A model generated the notes under the pieces. The model did no database searches. It saw only the letters and a list, made by a program, of their open reading frames with translations, and was not told where the DNA came from. 64,000 bases of DNA from Ktedonobacterales bacterium (lineage in GTDB: Bacteria > Chloroflexota > Ktedonobacteria > Ktedonobacterales > JADMIN01), in contig JAICVS010000004.1 in assembly GCA_025935195.1 (NCBI GenBank), positions 107 through 64,106 of the forward strand, written 5' to 3'. The position numbers and the translations under genes are program-made. Each line of letters starts with the position of its first letter. The first letter of the stretch is position 1. Shown piece after piece: positions 16,627 to 26,415 of the stretch.

Positions 16627-17466
16627 CTATGGGATGAGGAGACGGCGCGGCGTGGTGGGGGAGACGCCGACGCGGCGCAGCATGGCGTCGTGCGCCTGCC
16701 ATTCGAGGGTGTCGTCGAGGGGGGGAAGGAGACGCGCCGCTTCTGACGCGCCGTAGCGGCGGGCGAGCGCGAGCGCGAGCAGGTGATCGGCCAGATGGGG
16801 GTTCTTGGGCAGCAGCGAGCCGTGCAGGTAGGTGCCGTAGGCGTTGTGGACGACGCATCCCTCGCGGGCGTCTTCGCCGTTGTTGCCGAAGCCGGAGAGG
16901 ACAGCGCCGAGCGGCCGCGCATTCGCGCCCAGGTAGGTGCGGCCGCCGTGATTCTCGAAGCCGATCAGGGTCGTTTCGTTCCAGCGCAAGGCGACGTTGC
17001 CGACGCAGCGCGCGACACGCTTGCCGGGGTGGATCGTCCAGGCGTCGAAGATGGCGGCGCCTTGTAGCTCCGGCCCCTCGGCGGGGCGATAGAAGCGAGC
17101 GAGCAGTTGGTAGCCGCCACAGACGGCCAGCAGCGGCACGCCGGCCTCCACGGCGGCGCGCAGTGCCGGGCCTTTGCGCTCGCGCAGGTCGCGGGCGATG
17201 TCTTCCTGTTCGCGGTCCTGGCCGCCGCCGATGAAGAGCAGGTCGTAGGCGGCGGGGTCGAGCTGGTCGCTGGCGCCGATGGGGGCGATCTCCAGGGCGA
17301 TGCCGCGCCAGGCGCAGCGGCGCTGGAAGGTGAGAATGTTGCCGCGGTCGCCGTAGACGTTGAGCTGATCGGGGTAGAGGTGGCCTAAGCGCAGGGTCGC
17401 GGCCGGATGCGCGGCGGTTTCGCCCGCCGTGCTTGGTTCATGGTTTGTCTCGCCCGTCTCACACAT
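16627..17466 (-). CDS. gatD: lipid II isoglutaminyl synthase, glutaminase subunit GatD (CobQ-type GATase)
   Basis: LRLGHLYPDQLNVYGDRGN..., VCGGYQLL (catalytic Cys) and ...GFENHGGRT... are typical GatD motifs. It is linked to murT. The ATG 17466 start has a weak RBS. Confidence 0.85.
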   Translation of the reverse strand: MCETGETNHEPSTAGETAAHPAATLRLGHLYPDQLNVYGDRGNILTFQRRCAWRGIALEIAPIGASDQLDPAAYDLLFIGGGQDREQEDIARDLRERKGPALRAAVEAGVPLLAVCGGYQLLARFYRPAEGPELQGAAIFDAWTIHPGKRVARCVGNVALRWNETTLIGFENHGGRTYLGANARPLGAVLSGFGNNGEDAREGCVVHNAYGTYLHGSLLPKNPHLADHLLALALARRYGASEAARLLPPLDDTLEWQAHDAMLRRVGVSPTTPRRLLIP

Positions 17467-17594
17467 CTTGCTTGCCTTATACCGAATCGGGTTGATCGCC
17501 CGCGCGGCCGTGAATGGCCGGCGAACGGGGCGGGTGGGCAGGAATGCCCGTGCCGGACGCCAACGCTTCAGCAACGCTTCAGACGAATCCGTTG

Positions 17595-18071
17595 TCAGAT
17601 GGGCACTGGCGCATTCACCAGGCGATGGAGTGTCTCCCAAAAGGAGGTTCCATTGGGCGCTTGCCAGGAAAAGCCATCATGCCCGCCATCGGAGTAGGTA
17701 AGTTCAAGCGCCTGGCAGCCTATCGCATCGCTGGTCGCCACCGCTGTCTGGATTCCCAGACGGGAGCAGGTGAGCTCGTACCGGTAGTAGGGTGCATTCG
17801 ATGGAATAGACGGACACGATGATATTGCGCCCTCAGGAATGTGCGTTCCCGACACCAGTTGCGCATAAATCTGGCCGGCCACGTCCCCAACATGTTGATC
17901 GAAGACGATGGTCTGGCTGCCAGCCGGTGGTTGGATGCGCGTCACCACGATATGGGCATGATCCGGCGCACGGCGAAAGACCGCCGCGCCCGCCTTGCCC
18001 GCGCCCACGAGGACGGCCGCCAGCGCAACCAACCCCACGATTGTAACGATCACACGCCGTTTCCGCGTCAT
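17595..18071 (-). CDS. hypothetical exported/membrane-anchored protein
   Basis: GAGG precedes ATG 18071. The N-terminus has an RKRR motif followed by a hydrophobic helix (signal/anchor). No family recognised. Confidence 0.7.
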   Translation of the reverse strand: MTRKRRVIVTIVGLVALAAVLVGAGKAGAAVFRRAPDHAHIVVTRIQPPAGSQTIVFDQHVGDVAGQIYAQLVSGTHIPEGAISSCPSIPSNAPYYRYELTCSRLGIQTAVATSDAIGCQALELTYSDGGHDGFSWQAPNGTSFWETLHRLVNAPVPI

Positions 18072-18120
18072 GGAGATACCTCAGGTTCAGCAACGATTTC
18101 AGAATCAGACCAATCCGGTG

Positions 18121-19632
18121 TCATACATCGCGCTGCTCCCAGTAGTGGGGCGCGTAGCCGCGCCGCTCCAGCGCGCCGCGCACGGCCAACATCGCCGTGT
18201 AGGTCGGCACGATGTAGAGAGTTTCGCCGGCTGGCGTCGCCTGGACGGCGTGCCAGAGCGCGGCGGCGATCTCCGGCTCGATGTGGGTGGCGCTGGCTCC
18301 TGCATATTTGAGGCGCAGGCCCAGATCGAAAGCGCGCGTGCCGGTGGCGGTGATCTGGGCGCCTGTGCCGGCGAGCCGCTCCAGGTCGGCGTCCCAGATC
18401 CACGAGACATCTTCGCCGTCGGCGGGCAGATCGCTGAGCGCCAGCAGCAGGTGGGCCGCGCGGGTGTGCGTGCCGAGGGTGCGCAATACCTCGTTCAGCC
18501 CGGTGGGGTTCTTGGCGAGCAGGATGCGCACCGTGCGCCCGTCCACGTCTATGCGCTCCGCGCGGCCGAAGGCGGGGGCGAACGCGCCGAGCGCCGAGGT
18601 GATCGCATCGGCGCCGATGCCCATCGCCAGCGCGGCGGTGCTGGCGGCGAGCGCGTTGTAGACGTTGTAGAGGCCGGGCAGGGCGATGCGCGCCTCACGC
18701 TCGCCATCCGGCAGACCGAGCAGGAAGCGCGTGCCGTCCAGTCCGTCCGGCACGATTGCGCGCGCCGTCACCTGGGGCGCGGGGCGGGCGTAGCCGCAGG
18801 CGGGGCAGGCCCAGTGGCCGATGTGGCTGTAGTAGCGCTGAGTGAAGGTGAGTGGGGCGCGGCAGCGCGGGCACGAGCGGGCATCCATCACGTCCACGCG
18901 CTCGCGGTCGTCCTCGCTGTTGTCGGTGTCGCCGTCCGCTGTATCCTGTACGCCGAAATAGCGCACGGGGCCGGCGCGGAAGCCGTCGCCCAGCGCCGCC
19001 ACCGAGGGGTCGTCGGCGTTGAGCGCCAGCGTGGTGGCGCCACGCAGCGTGGCGAGAGCGGTGCGCCAGCGTTCCGCGACGGTGTCCACTTCGCCGTAGC
19101 GGTCGAGCTGGTCGCGGAAGAGGTTGGTGATGGCGATCACGCGCGGCTGGAGCGCGGCCACGACGTGCGGGAAAGCCGCCTCGTCCACCTCGAAGACGGC
19201 CGCCGCGTCGCCGCGGCGGCGCAGATTGCCATGCGGGCGCGCGCGGATCACCAGCGCGGCCGTCACACCGCGCAGCAGGTTCGCGCCCTCGCGGTTGCGC
19301 CAGACGCGCAGCCCGCCCGCGCGCAGGGCATAGGCCGTCAGCCCGCTGGTGGTGGTCTTACCGTTGGTGCCGGTGATGACGACGCTGCCGTGACGGAGCT
19401 GCGCGCCGAGGCGCGCGGTGATGGCGGGGTCTATGCGGCCGGCGACCAGCCCCGGCAGGCTCGTGCCGGCGCCCAGCCGCAGCCGCCGCGCCAGCGCGCC
19501 CGCTCCACGGCCGCCGATTACGGCGAGCGCGGCCCGCCCACGGCTGAGGGCGCCGCGCTCGGTCACAACTGCCTGGTCTGATGCGCTCATCGTGTCCGCT
19601 ATGTTTGGTGATGTGCGACTGGATGTGCTCAT
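18121..19632 (-). CDS. murT: lipid II isoglutaminyl synthase, ligase subunit MurT (Mur ligase family with Cys4 ribbon)
   Basis: ITGTNGKTTT is a Mur-ligase P-loop. CPRC...CPAC is the zinc ribbon typical of MurT, and a DUF1727-like C-terminus is present. The ATG overlaps the cheA stop (ATGA at 19629-19632). Confidence 0.9.
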   Translation of the reverse strand: MSTSSRTSPNIADTMSASDQAVVTERGALSRGRAALAVIGGRGAGALARRLRLGAGTSLPGLVAGRIDPAITARLGAQLRHGSVVITGTNGKTTTSGLTAYALRAGGLRVWRNREGANLLRGVTAALVIRARPHGNLRRRGDAAAVFEVDEAAFPHVVAALQPRVIAITNLFRDQLDRYGEVDTVAERWRTALATLRGATTLALNADDPSVAALGDGFRAGPVRYFGVQDTADGDTDNSEDDRERVDVMDARSCPRCRAPLTFTQRYYSHIGHWACPACGYARPAPQVTARAIVPDGLDGTRFLLGLPDGEREARIALPGLYNVYNALAASTAALAMGIGADAITSALGAFAPAFGRAERIDVDGRTVRILLAKNPTGLNEVLRTLGTHTRAAHLLLALSDLPADGEDVSWIWDADLERLAGTGAQITATGTRAFDLGLRLKYAGASATHIEPEIAAALWHAVQATPAGETLYIVPTYTAMLAVRGALERRGYAPHYWEQRDV

Positions 19633-22600
19633 GGAACGCTCGCTGGCTCCGCTATGAGCGCGCGCACCGTCTCGATCAGTGTTTCCGAGGGGCAGGGCTT
19701 GATCAGATACGCCGCGGCGCCCAGTTGGCGCGCGTGCTCGCGGTGCTGTTCGCCGGCGCGCGAGGTGAGCATCACCACACGGGTTCCGGCGAATTGCGGC
19801 GAGCCGCGCAGCACCGACAACAGCTCGAAGCCGTCCAGCCGGGGCATCTCGATATCCAGCACCAGCACGCGCGGCGGCCGCTCCAGCATTTTGCCGAGCG
19901 CCTCGATGCCGTCGGACGCCAGCTCGACGTCGAAGCCAGCGCGACCCAGCGCGAGGTCGAGCGAGCGGCGGATCGAGACGGAATCATCCACGACCAGCAC
20001 GTGCGGGGCCAATGGAGCGGCCAGCCGCGGCAGCGGGCGCAAGCGCGGTGCGTGTGTGGGCCGGCGGCCTTCGAGTTCGCTGGTGACCAGCTCTACCAGA
20101 TCCAAGAGGAGCAACAGCCGCCCATCGGGTGTGACGGTCGCGCCGCGGACGGCGTGGCGGCGCAGGTGCGGCGGCAGCGTGCGCACGATCACCTCGGAAT
20201 CCTCGGCTACCGCATCCACCAACACAGCCGCGCGCCCGCGCCCGGCCTCCACCAGCAGCGCGAGCTGTGGATCGCGCAACTCCTGCTCGAAGCCGAGCAG
20301 CTCGGCCAGCGGCAGCACGGGAATCTCCTCGTATGCCGCGCGCTCACCACTGAGGGCAAGCCCGCCCGGCGCCTCGACACGGGTGCGCAGCGCCGTGCGC
20401 TCCCCCACTCCGCGCGCGCCGTCCACACGCTCGACCGAGGCCAGCAGTTCGGTGGATGCGAGCGAGAGCGTCTGGCGCACGGACGAGAATGGCACGGCGT
20501 ACTCCTGGCCGCCCGCGTACACGTGCAGCGCATGCGCCCCACTGAGCGAGATCGGCACGCGGATGCGGAAGACGCTGCCTCGCCCGCTCTCGCTACGCAC
20601 GTGGATGGCGCCTTTCATGTGCGTGATGTCCGTGCGCACGGCATCCAGGCCGATGCCGCGGCCGCGCCGCGCGTCGGCCACGTCCACGGTGGTGATACCT
20701 GGCAGAAACATGAGGTCGAGGGCGGCCATCACGCTCAGCGCGTGCGCTTCCTCCGCCGTATAGAGGCGCTGTCTCACGGCTGCCGCCGCCAGCGCGTGCG
20801 GATTCACGCCGCGGCCGTCGTCACCGATCTCGATGGTCACTTCATTGCCAGCGTAATAGGCATGCATCCAGATCGCGCCCGCGGCCGGCTTGCCGGCCTC
20901 TAGGCGCTCTTGGGAGGACTCGATCCCATGCAGGATGGCGTTGCGCACGAGCTGCAGCAGCGGCTCCGCCAGCGCCTCGCTGATGTTGCGGTCGATCTCC
21001 GTGCGCTCGCCACGCACCGTGAAGGTGATCCGCTTGCCTTCGTCGTGCGCCAGGCGGCGAACTTCGAGCTGAAGCCGCGGCACCAGCGTGTCGAGCGGCA
21101 CCAGCCGTAGCTGCATCAGGTCGTGCTGCATCGCCAGCGCGACAGACACTTGATCATCGCTGGCGCGATCCAGCCGGCCCAGCACGCCGCCCATGGCGCG
21201 GCTCGTGGTGCTGACGTCGTCCGTCACCTCGCCCAGCGCGCGGATCGCAGAGTCCAGCTCGCTGATGCGCTCCAGGCGCAGCGCGTCGCGCGGGGTGCCG
21301 TTCGTGAGCGAATCCTGGCCCGGCACGCGGCCGAAGAGCCGGCCCGCGAGCGAGGGCGCGGATGGGGAGCCACTTGCCGGCCAGGCGCCGCCGTTCGTCG
21401 CCGTATGCCCGCCACCGGAGAGCGGGTGCAGGTCCGCGATGCTGTGGCTCAGGTCCGTCAGGCGGGTGATGGATTGTTCCAATTCAGCGCGCAGCCGCGT
21501 CAGCTCGTCGCGTGTCCGCGCCAGTGTCGCCCGCGCGAGCGCGAGCGCGCTGACACGGCCCACGAGGGCGTCCAGGCGATGCACGTCCACACGCAAAATG
21601 GCGTCCGCTTCGGCGGCCACACGCGGATGGCGCGGTGAGGTGTCCGCCTCGGCCGGCGTGAGCGGCTGGGGGAGCGGCGGCGAGCTAGACGGCGCAGTGT
21701 GCTGGATGGCGGGTGCGGGCCGCGTGGGCGCGGCCGCTTCTTCCAGCAGGATGTCACGATACGCGCCGGCCTGTTCTACCAGGGCAGGATCGGCGGGGCG
21801 CTCGGCGGCGGCGGCGTCGAGCGCGAGGCGCAGTAGCTCTTCCAGATGCAGCAAGGTCGAGGTGGCGAGGCTACCCGCGCTCACATGCGGCCATCGCAGT
21901 GCCTTCAGCACATCCTCGAATACCAGCGTCACCGCCGCCAGCACGTCGAAGCCGAGCGTCGCGGCAGTGCCCTTGATTTTGTGGGCGATGTGGGCCATCA
22001 CCTCCAGCGCCGCGCTCTCCTCGGGATGATCCTCGTACTGGAGAAGCCATCGGCGCAGCTCCTTCATATCCTCGGCCGTCTCGACGACAAACAGGCGCTT
22101 CATCTCTGGCGGAATCTCGTCCAGCTCCGCCGCCGTGGGCGCACGCGCTGGAGCGCTCTCCGCTACTGCCGCGCTGGCCGGCGGCTGATAGCTGACGCCG
22201 CTCTCCGCGCCTGCGTCGCTCTCCGCCGCGGGGGCTTCTGTCTCCGCCACCCGCTGTCGCAGGTGTGTGCTCCCGAAGGCAGCGATCAGCGCGCGCTCGT
22301 CCGCGGTCAATACCGGCTCACCCGGCTCCGTATCGGCGGGTGGCGCCACGTTCTCGGTGGCAGGCGTCTGGGTGTGGCGCTCGTCCGCGACTTCCCTGTC
22401 ACTGGCTGGAGCCAGCGACCCAGCCGGTTCGGGTTGATCTGAGACGGCTTGGCCCGGCTGTGGGGCGTCCGCGGAGAAGGCGGCGGCGGTCGGGTGGATG
22501 TACGACGCTATCAGCGGCGCATCCGGCGTGAGCAGCAGCCCGCGCAGGCGTGCCGCCGCCGCGCGCTCGGTCTCGCTGGCGGCCAGCACTTGCTGGTGCC

Positions 22601-22916
22601 GGCCCATCTGGCGCACGCGCCTATTCAGGTAGGTCAGCGCATCGGTGGCGGCGGCCAGCAGCGCCGGCGGCGGGTCGGCGGCGCCCGGATCATCGAAGGC
22701 GCGCGAGAGGGCATGCGCGACCTGGGCGCAATCGGCGGCGCGGAAGCCGGCGCTCAGATCGGCCATTGCCGTCGCCAGCCGCGCCAGCTCGCCAGCGGCC
22801 AGCGCGCGTCGCTCGACGCCGGGCGGGCCGCCCAGGGTGTTGAGGTGACGCTGCGCGACGGGCAGGAGCGCGTGCATCTCGGCAATGTACAGCCCGGCCA
22901 CATCACGGTCATCCAT
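19629..22916 (-). CDS. cheA: hybrid CheA-type histidine kinase with C-terminal receiver domain
   Basis: Domains in order: HPt (AHKIKGTAATLGF), dimerisation region, HATPase_c (HGIES...EIGDDGRGV), CheW-like domain, and REC (VLVVDDS...VLDIEMPRLDGFEL). ATG 22916 overlaps the cheW stop. Confidence 0.9.
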   Translation of the reverse strand: MDDRDVAGLYIAEMHALLPVAQRHLNTLGGPPGVERRALAAGELARLATAMADLSAGFRAADCAQVAHALSRAFDDPGAADPPPALLAAATDALTYLNRRVRQMGRHQQVLAASETERAAAARLRGLLLTPDAPLIASYIHPTAAAFSADAPQPGQAVSDQPEPAGSLAPASDREVADERHTQTPATENVAPPADTEPGEPVLTADERALIAAFGSTHLRQRVAETEAPAAESDAGAESGVSYQPPASAAVAESAPARAPTAAELDEIPPEMKRLFVVETAEDMKELRRWLLQYEDHPEESAALEVMAHIAHKIKGTAATLGFDVLAAVTLVFEDVLKALRWPHVSAGSLATSTLLHLEELLRLALDAAAAERPADPALVEQAGAYRDILLEEAAAPTRPAPAIQHTAPSSSPPLPQPLTPAEADTSPRHPRVAAEADAILRVDVHRLDALVGRVSALALARATLARTRDELTRLRAELEQSITRLTDLSHSIADLHPLSGGGHTATNGGAWPASGSPSAPSLAGRLFGRVPGQDSLTNGTPRDALRLERISELDSAIRALGEVTDDVSTTSRAMGGVLGRLDRASDDQVSVALAMQHDLMQLRLVPLDTLVPRLQLEVRRLAHDEGKRITFTVRGERTEIDRNISEALAEPLLQLVRNAILHGIESSQERLEAGKPAAGAIWMHAYYAGNEVTIEIGDDGRGVNPHALAAAAVRQRLYTAEEAHALSVMAALDLMFLPGITTVDVADARRGRGIGLDAVRTDITHMKGAIHVRSESGRGSVFRIRVPISLSGAHALHVYAGGQEYAVPFSSVRQTLSLASTELLASVERVDGARGVGERTALRTRVEAPGGLALSGERAAYEEIPVLPLAELLGFEQELRDPQLALLVEAGRGRAAVLVDAVAEDSEVIVRTLPPHLRRHAVRGATVTPDGRLLLLLDLVELVTSELEGRRPTHAPRLRPLPRLAAPLAPHVLVVDDSVSIRRSLDLALGRAGFDVELASDGIEALGKMLERPPRVLVLDIEMPRLDGFELLSVLRGSPQFAGTRVVMLTSRAGEQHREHARQLGAAAYLIKPCPSETLIETVRALIAEPASVP

Positions 22917-23559
22917 GGTCGGAGCCGCCTTCCGCAATCGCGTCGAGCAGATCATCCAGTAGCCGCTCGGCATCCAACAGCGCATAGCGCGTGCCGGTGT
23001 GGGCGTGCGCGTAGACGCCCGTCATGTATCGCGCGCGTGGCAGTAGGTTCGCGTCGCTCGCCGCGGGCACGTCCCGCACGTCCTTCGCTTCGACCGCGGC
23101 GATGTCGCCCACTGTGTCCACCACCCAGGTGAGTGAGCGCTCGCCATCGCCCACGACCAGCGCCGTGGTGGCAGCGCGCGCGCCAACCGGTCTGGCTGGT
23201 ACGTCCACCGCCGCCAGATGTTGCCGCCCCAGCAGCATTGGCGCGGGGTCCACCAGCGCCATGATCTCGGATTGCCAGGGGAATACGCCGTGCATCCATG
23301 GCGGGCTGTGTGGCAGGGGAATGGTCTCCGGAGTCGCGCGCATCACCTCGCGCAGCGCCGTGAGCGGCAGCGCGCACGGCACATCCGCGCAGGCAAATAG
23401 CAGGTGTTCGACACCGGCGGCGGGTGCGGGCGAGGCGCTGGCGGTGCGCAGCAGGCGCTCCATCGCCTCGGGCGTGTCGTCCCGCGCCGCGGCAAGCAGC
23501 TCCGCAAGCCCGGACGGCGGCGAGGGAGTTGTCGCGCCGTCCGCCGGCTGATCGCGCAT
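22909..23559 (-). CDS. cheW: CheW-like coupling protein
   Basis: ...LLFACADVPCALPLTALREVM...IPLPHSPPWMHGVFPWQSEIMALVD is a CheW-fold signature. GAGAGGTGA precedes ATG 23559. Confidence 0.8.
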   Translation of the reverse strand: MRDQPADGATTPSPPSGLAELLAAARDDTPEAMERLLRTASASPAPAAGVEHLLFACADVPCALPLTALREVMRATPETIPLPHSPPWMHGVFPWQSEIMALVDPAPMLLGRQHLAAVDVPARPVGARAATTALVVGDGERSLTWVVDTVGDIAAVEAKDVRDVPAASDANLLPRARYMTGVYAHAHTGTRYALLDAERLLDDLLDAIAEGGSDHG

Positions 23560-23685
23560 GCCTATCACCTCTCGGCCTGGATGGCTCGCGGCCATTCATG
23601 GCCGGCGAACGTACGAATGGGGCATACATGCCCAGGTGGCTCGCGGACTGTGAACGTGCCGCTGTGATGGCGCGCTAGCGGCTAG

Positions 23686-24192
23686 CTAGCGCGATGGGCC
23701 ATCTGGCGACGGCAGGCGCAGGTGCGTGCGGACGATGGAGACGACGTGTGAGACGCGGAATGGCTTGGAAATGAAGTCACGCGCGCCCACTATGCGGCTA
23801 CGGACGCGATCGACCATGCCGTCGTGGCTGGTGAGCATGATCACGATCGTGTTGCGGAAGGCGTCGTTGTTGCGCAGGATGCCGGCAACCTGATAGCCAT
23901 CCATCTTGGGCAGCTCGATGTCCAGCAGCACGAGATCGGGCACTTCCACCTCGCCGCGCGAGAGTGCCTGGATGGCGGCGATGCCGTCGGGATACGCACT
24001 GACCGGTAGACCAATGCGCGCGAAGCTGGCCTCGATTACCTTGCGCACGGCCAGCGAATCGTCGATCACCATGATCGAGCGTGGGCCGCTGTGCAGCCCG
24101 TTCGCCCGTGGTACACCCGGCATGCTCAGCAGGCCTGTAGTGGCAGCGGATGGAGCGACGGGTTGATCTCCCGGCGGCATTAGCGAGGACAT
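23686..24192 (-). CDS. single-domain response regulator (CheY/PatA-like receiver)
   Basis: IMVIDDS...DLVLLDIELPKMDG...IVIMLTS...FISKPF are canonical REC motifs. Confidence 0.85.
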   Translation of the reverse strand: MSSLMPPGDQPVAPSAATTGLLSMPGVPRANGLHSGPRSIMVIDDSLAVRKVIEASFARIGLPVSAYPDGIAAIQALSRGEVEVPDLVLLDIELPKMDGYQVAGILRNNDAFRNTIVIMLTSHDGMVDRVRSRIVGARDFISKPFRVSHVVSIVRTHLRLPSPDGPSR

Positions 24193-24288
24193 GGCGCCAT
24201 CCTTTCTACTCGTAACATGCGAGTAACATGCGAGCCGCCGCCGGAAAGCCACCTGTGCGCGAGTGAAGCGGGCGGCGACGTGGCGGGA

Positions 24289-25560
24289 TCAGGTCGTCCC
24301 AGAGGGCTCGCCGCGGAAGGTCAGGAACAGGGCCTCCCACGCCTCTTGATTCTGCGACCGCTCAATCGGTAAGGCCACGCGCGCGTTGATCGCCTGGAAC
24401 GCGGCGGCGAGCGCGCGCTCCAGTACCTCGCCGTAGCGCTCGTAGAATTGCTTGGTCGCGCCGATGCTGTTGCGCGCCGAGCCGTCCAGCGCGCGCCGGC
24501 AATGCGTGGCAAAGTCGTCTACGTCCAGGCGGTTCTGCCCCACACGGAAGCGATAATTATCTACGCCGAGCAGCCCTTCGCGCTGGAGAATGCCGCTGAG
24601 GGTGTCGGGCGCCAGGCTGAGGCCGTTGAGCTGGCAGGCCTGTTCGAGGGACTGCATGGTGGTGTTGATGAAGCCGGCCAGCGCGGTAAGCTGATCGGCC
24701 GGCGTCTTCTTCTTCAGCCACTCCTGCTCCATCGAGATCAGCAGCGTGAACAGGTCGAAATTGCCCATGCTCAGGCGTGCCGCTTCCTCCGGCAGCCCCG
24801 GCACGCCCGCGCCGCCGACTGGCACCAACAGCCCTTCTTGTACCAGCGGGCCAATCATGCGGGCGACGTCTACCTCTGGCAGCCGCAGCGCCGTGGCGAT
24901 ACGCCGCACCGTCTGGTGCGCGTTCACGCGCGCGATCACGCGCCAGGCGGCGGCGTGGAACAGGAGCGGGTGCTCGCCTGGCGGCTCGACCGTCATCGTC
25001 ACGCGCGTGCGCATGCCTTGCGGCAGGACCGGATAGAGGCTCTCCCATTCGTGCTCATAGCGCAGCACCTCCATGAGCACGCGGGTGGAGTCAATGCGTA
25101 GCGCGCTCGTGTCGGTCGGCTGGCGCTCTTCGGCATGGAACTCGTAGGTGCCTTCGCGCCAGAGCGCCAGCTCGCGCGCCGTCCAGAGCGATTGCGTCTT
25201 GAGGGCCTGGGTGAGCTGGTCGTCGGAGAGGATGCCGAGATCCACCAGCCGCTCGCCGATGCGCTTGCCCAGCGGATCCTGTGTCTGGAGCTGGAAGGCG
25301 TGGTTGAGCTGCTCGCCGGTGGCGAGGCCAAGCTGCTGGAGTACGTGGCCCAGCGTCAGCGCCTCGGTATCCAGCTCGTTGGCGCTGACCAGCGCGCCGC
25401 CCTCGAAAAAGATCAGTCCCGTGCGCCCATTGTCCTGGTGCAGATGCAGCGCGCCGGTGTTCGCGCCCAGCCCCATCATCTGGAGCAGCTCGACCAGCCG
25501 GAACTCTTCAAGCCTGCCGCTGAAAACACTGGCGTTCGACACGAGCCTTCCCTCATCCAC
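24289..25560 (-). CDS. DUF4388 (PatA-N-like) domain protein
   Basis: The N-terminal FSGRLEEFRLVELLQMMGLGANTGALHL...GLIFFEGGALV matches the DUF4388 signature. It is the first gene of the chemosensory cassette. The GTG start is uncertain. Confidence 0.75.
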   Translation of the reverse strand: MDEGRLVSNASVFSGRLEEFRLVELLQMMGLGANTGALHLHQDNGRTGLIFFEGGALVSANELDTEALTLGHVLQQLGLATGEQLNHAFQLQTQDPLGKRIGERLVDLGILSDDQLTQALKTQSLWTARELALWREGTYEFHAEERQPTDTSALRIDSTRVLMEVLRYEHEWESLYPVLPQGMRTRVTMTVEPPGEHPLLFHAAAWRVIARVNAHQTVRRIATALRLPEVDVARMIGPLVQEGLLVPVGGAGVPGLPEEAARLSMGNFDLFTLLISMEQEWLKKKTPADQLTALAGFINTTMQSLEQACQLNGLSLAPDTLSGILQREGLLGVDNYRFRVGQNRLDVDDFATHCRRALDGSARNSIGATKQFYERYGEVLERALAAAFQAINARVALPIERSQNQEAWEALFLTFRGEPSGTT

Positions 25561-25625
25561 GGTCGCCCCGCGCCGGCTCTACTCGACCGGGCAGGCGGAC
25601 CGCCAGCCGCCCGCGCAATTATACT

Positions 25626-26171
25626 CTAGCTGTCCGGTGTGAACAAGGCCCCGGCGCGTCGCGCATCCTGGCCGCGCAGCGTGCCCGCGAGCGCGCGGAC
25701 ATCGGCTCCCAGCAGTGGATGGCGCAGATCGGGCGCGATCTCGGCTAGTGGCAGCAGCACGAAGGCGCGCTCGGCGATGCCTGGATGCGGCAGCGTCAGT
25801 TCCGGCGTTCGCAGGATCAGGTCGTCGTAGAAGAGGATGTCTATGTCGAGCGGGCGCGGGCCGTAGCGCGGGCCGCCCGCGCGCCCTTGCGCGCGCTCGA
25901 TGCGCTTGACCAATCGCAGCAGCGCCTCCGGCGCGAGCGCGGTTCGCCCCATACAGACGATGTTGTGGAAGCGGGGCTGTTCAGTCAGGAGCAGCGGCGC
26001 TGTGTCGTAGACGGACGAGACGCGCTCGATGGCGACGGCGGGGCTGAGCGCGCGCAGCCCGGCACGTAGATGCTGGTCGCGGTTGCCGAGGTTGCTGCCC
26101 AGGCCAAGATAGACCACGCGGTCCGGCGGTCCGGCGTCCGGCCGGCGCTCGTCTGGCTCGCCATCTCGCAT
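25626..26171 (-). CDS. folK: 2-amino-4-hydroxy-6-hydroxymethyldihydropteridine diphosphokinase
   Basis: VYLGLGSNLGNR..., ...RPLDIDILFY..., LTLPHP and RAFVLLPLAEI are classic HPPK motifs. GGGAGGG precedes ATG 26171. Confidence 0.85.
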   Translation of the reverse strand: MRDGEPDERRPDAGPPDRVVYLGLGSNLGNRDQHLRAGLRALSPAVAIERVSSVYDTAPLLLTEQPRFHNIVCMGRTALAPEALLRLVKRIERAQGRAGGPRYGPRPLDIDILFYDDLILRTPELTLPHPGIAERAFVLLPLAEIAPDLRHPLLGADVRALAGTLRGQDARRAGALFTPDS

Positions 26172-26415
26172 CTCGCCCTCCCTTCCGTGAGGGATGTTCG
26201 CCATGTCACACTCTACCCTCAGTGGCGTGATCACCGCTCGGCGTGGGACATCCGGTGCGCGCCTGATGCACGGTTTGGACCGGCGCGGTACTATTGATGG
26301 TAAGCGTATGCCCACGCCCGCGCGCGGATGGATGTTTGGATGCCGGCGAGCGGGCCTGCGGGCGCTGTCTGCCGGTGGATGGCGGATGGCGGAGCGGAAC
26401 AGGCGGCGGTGCTGG

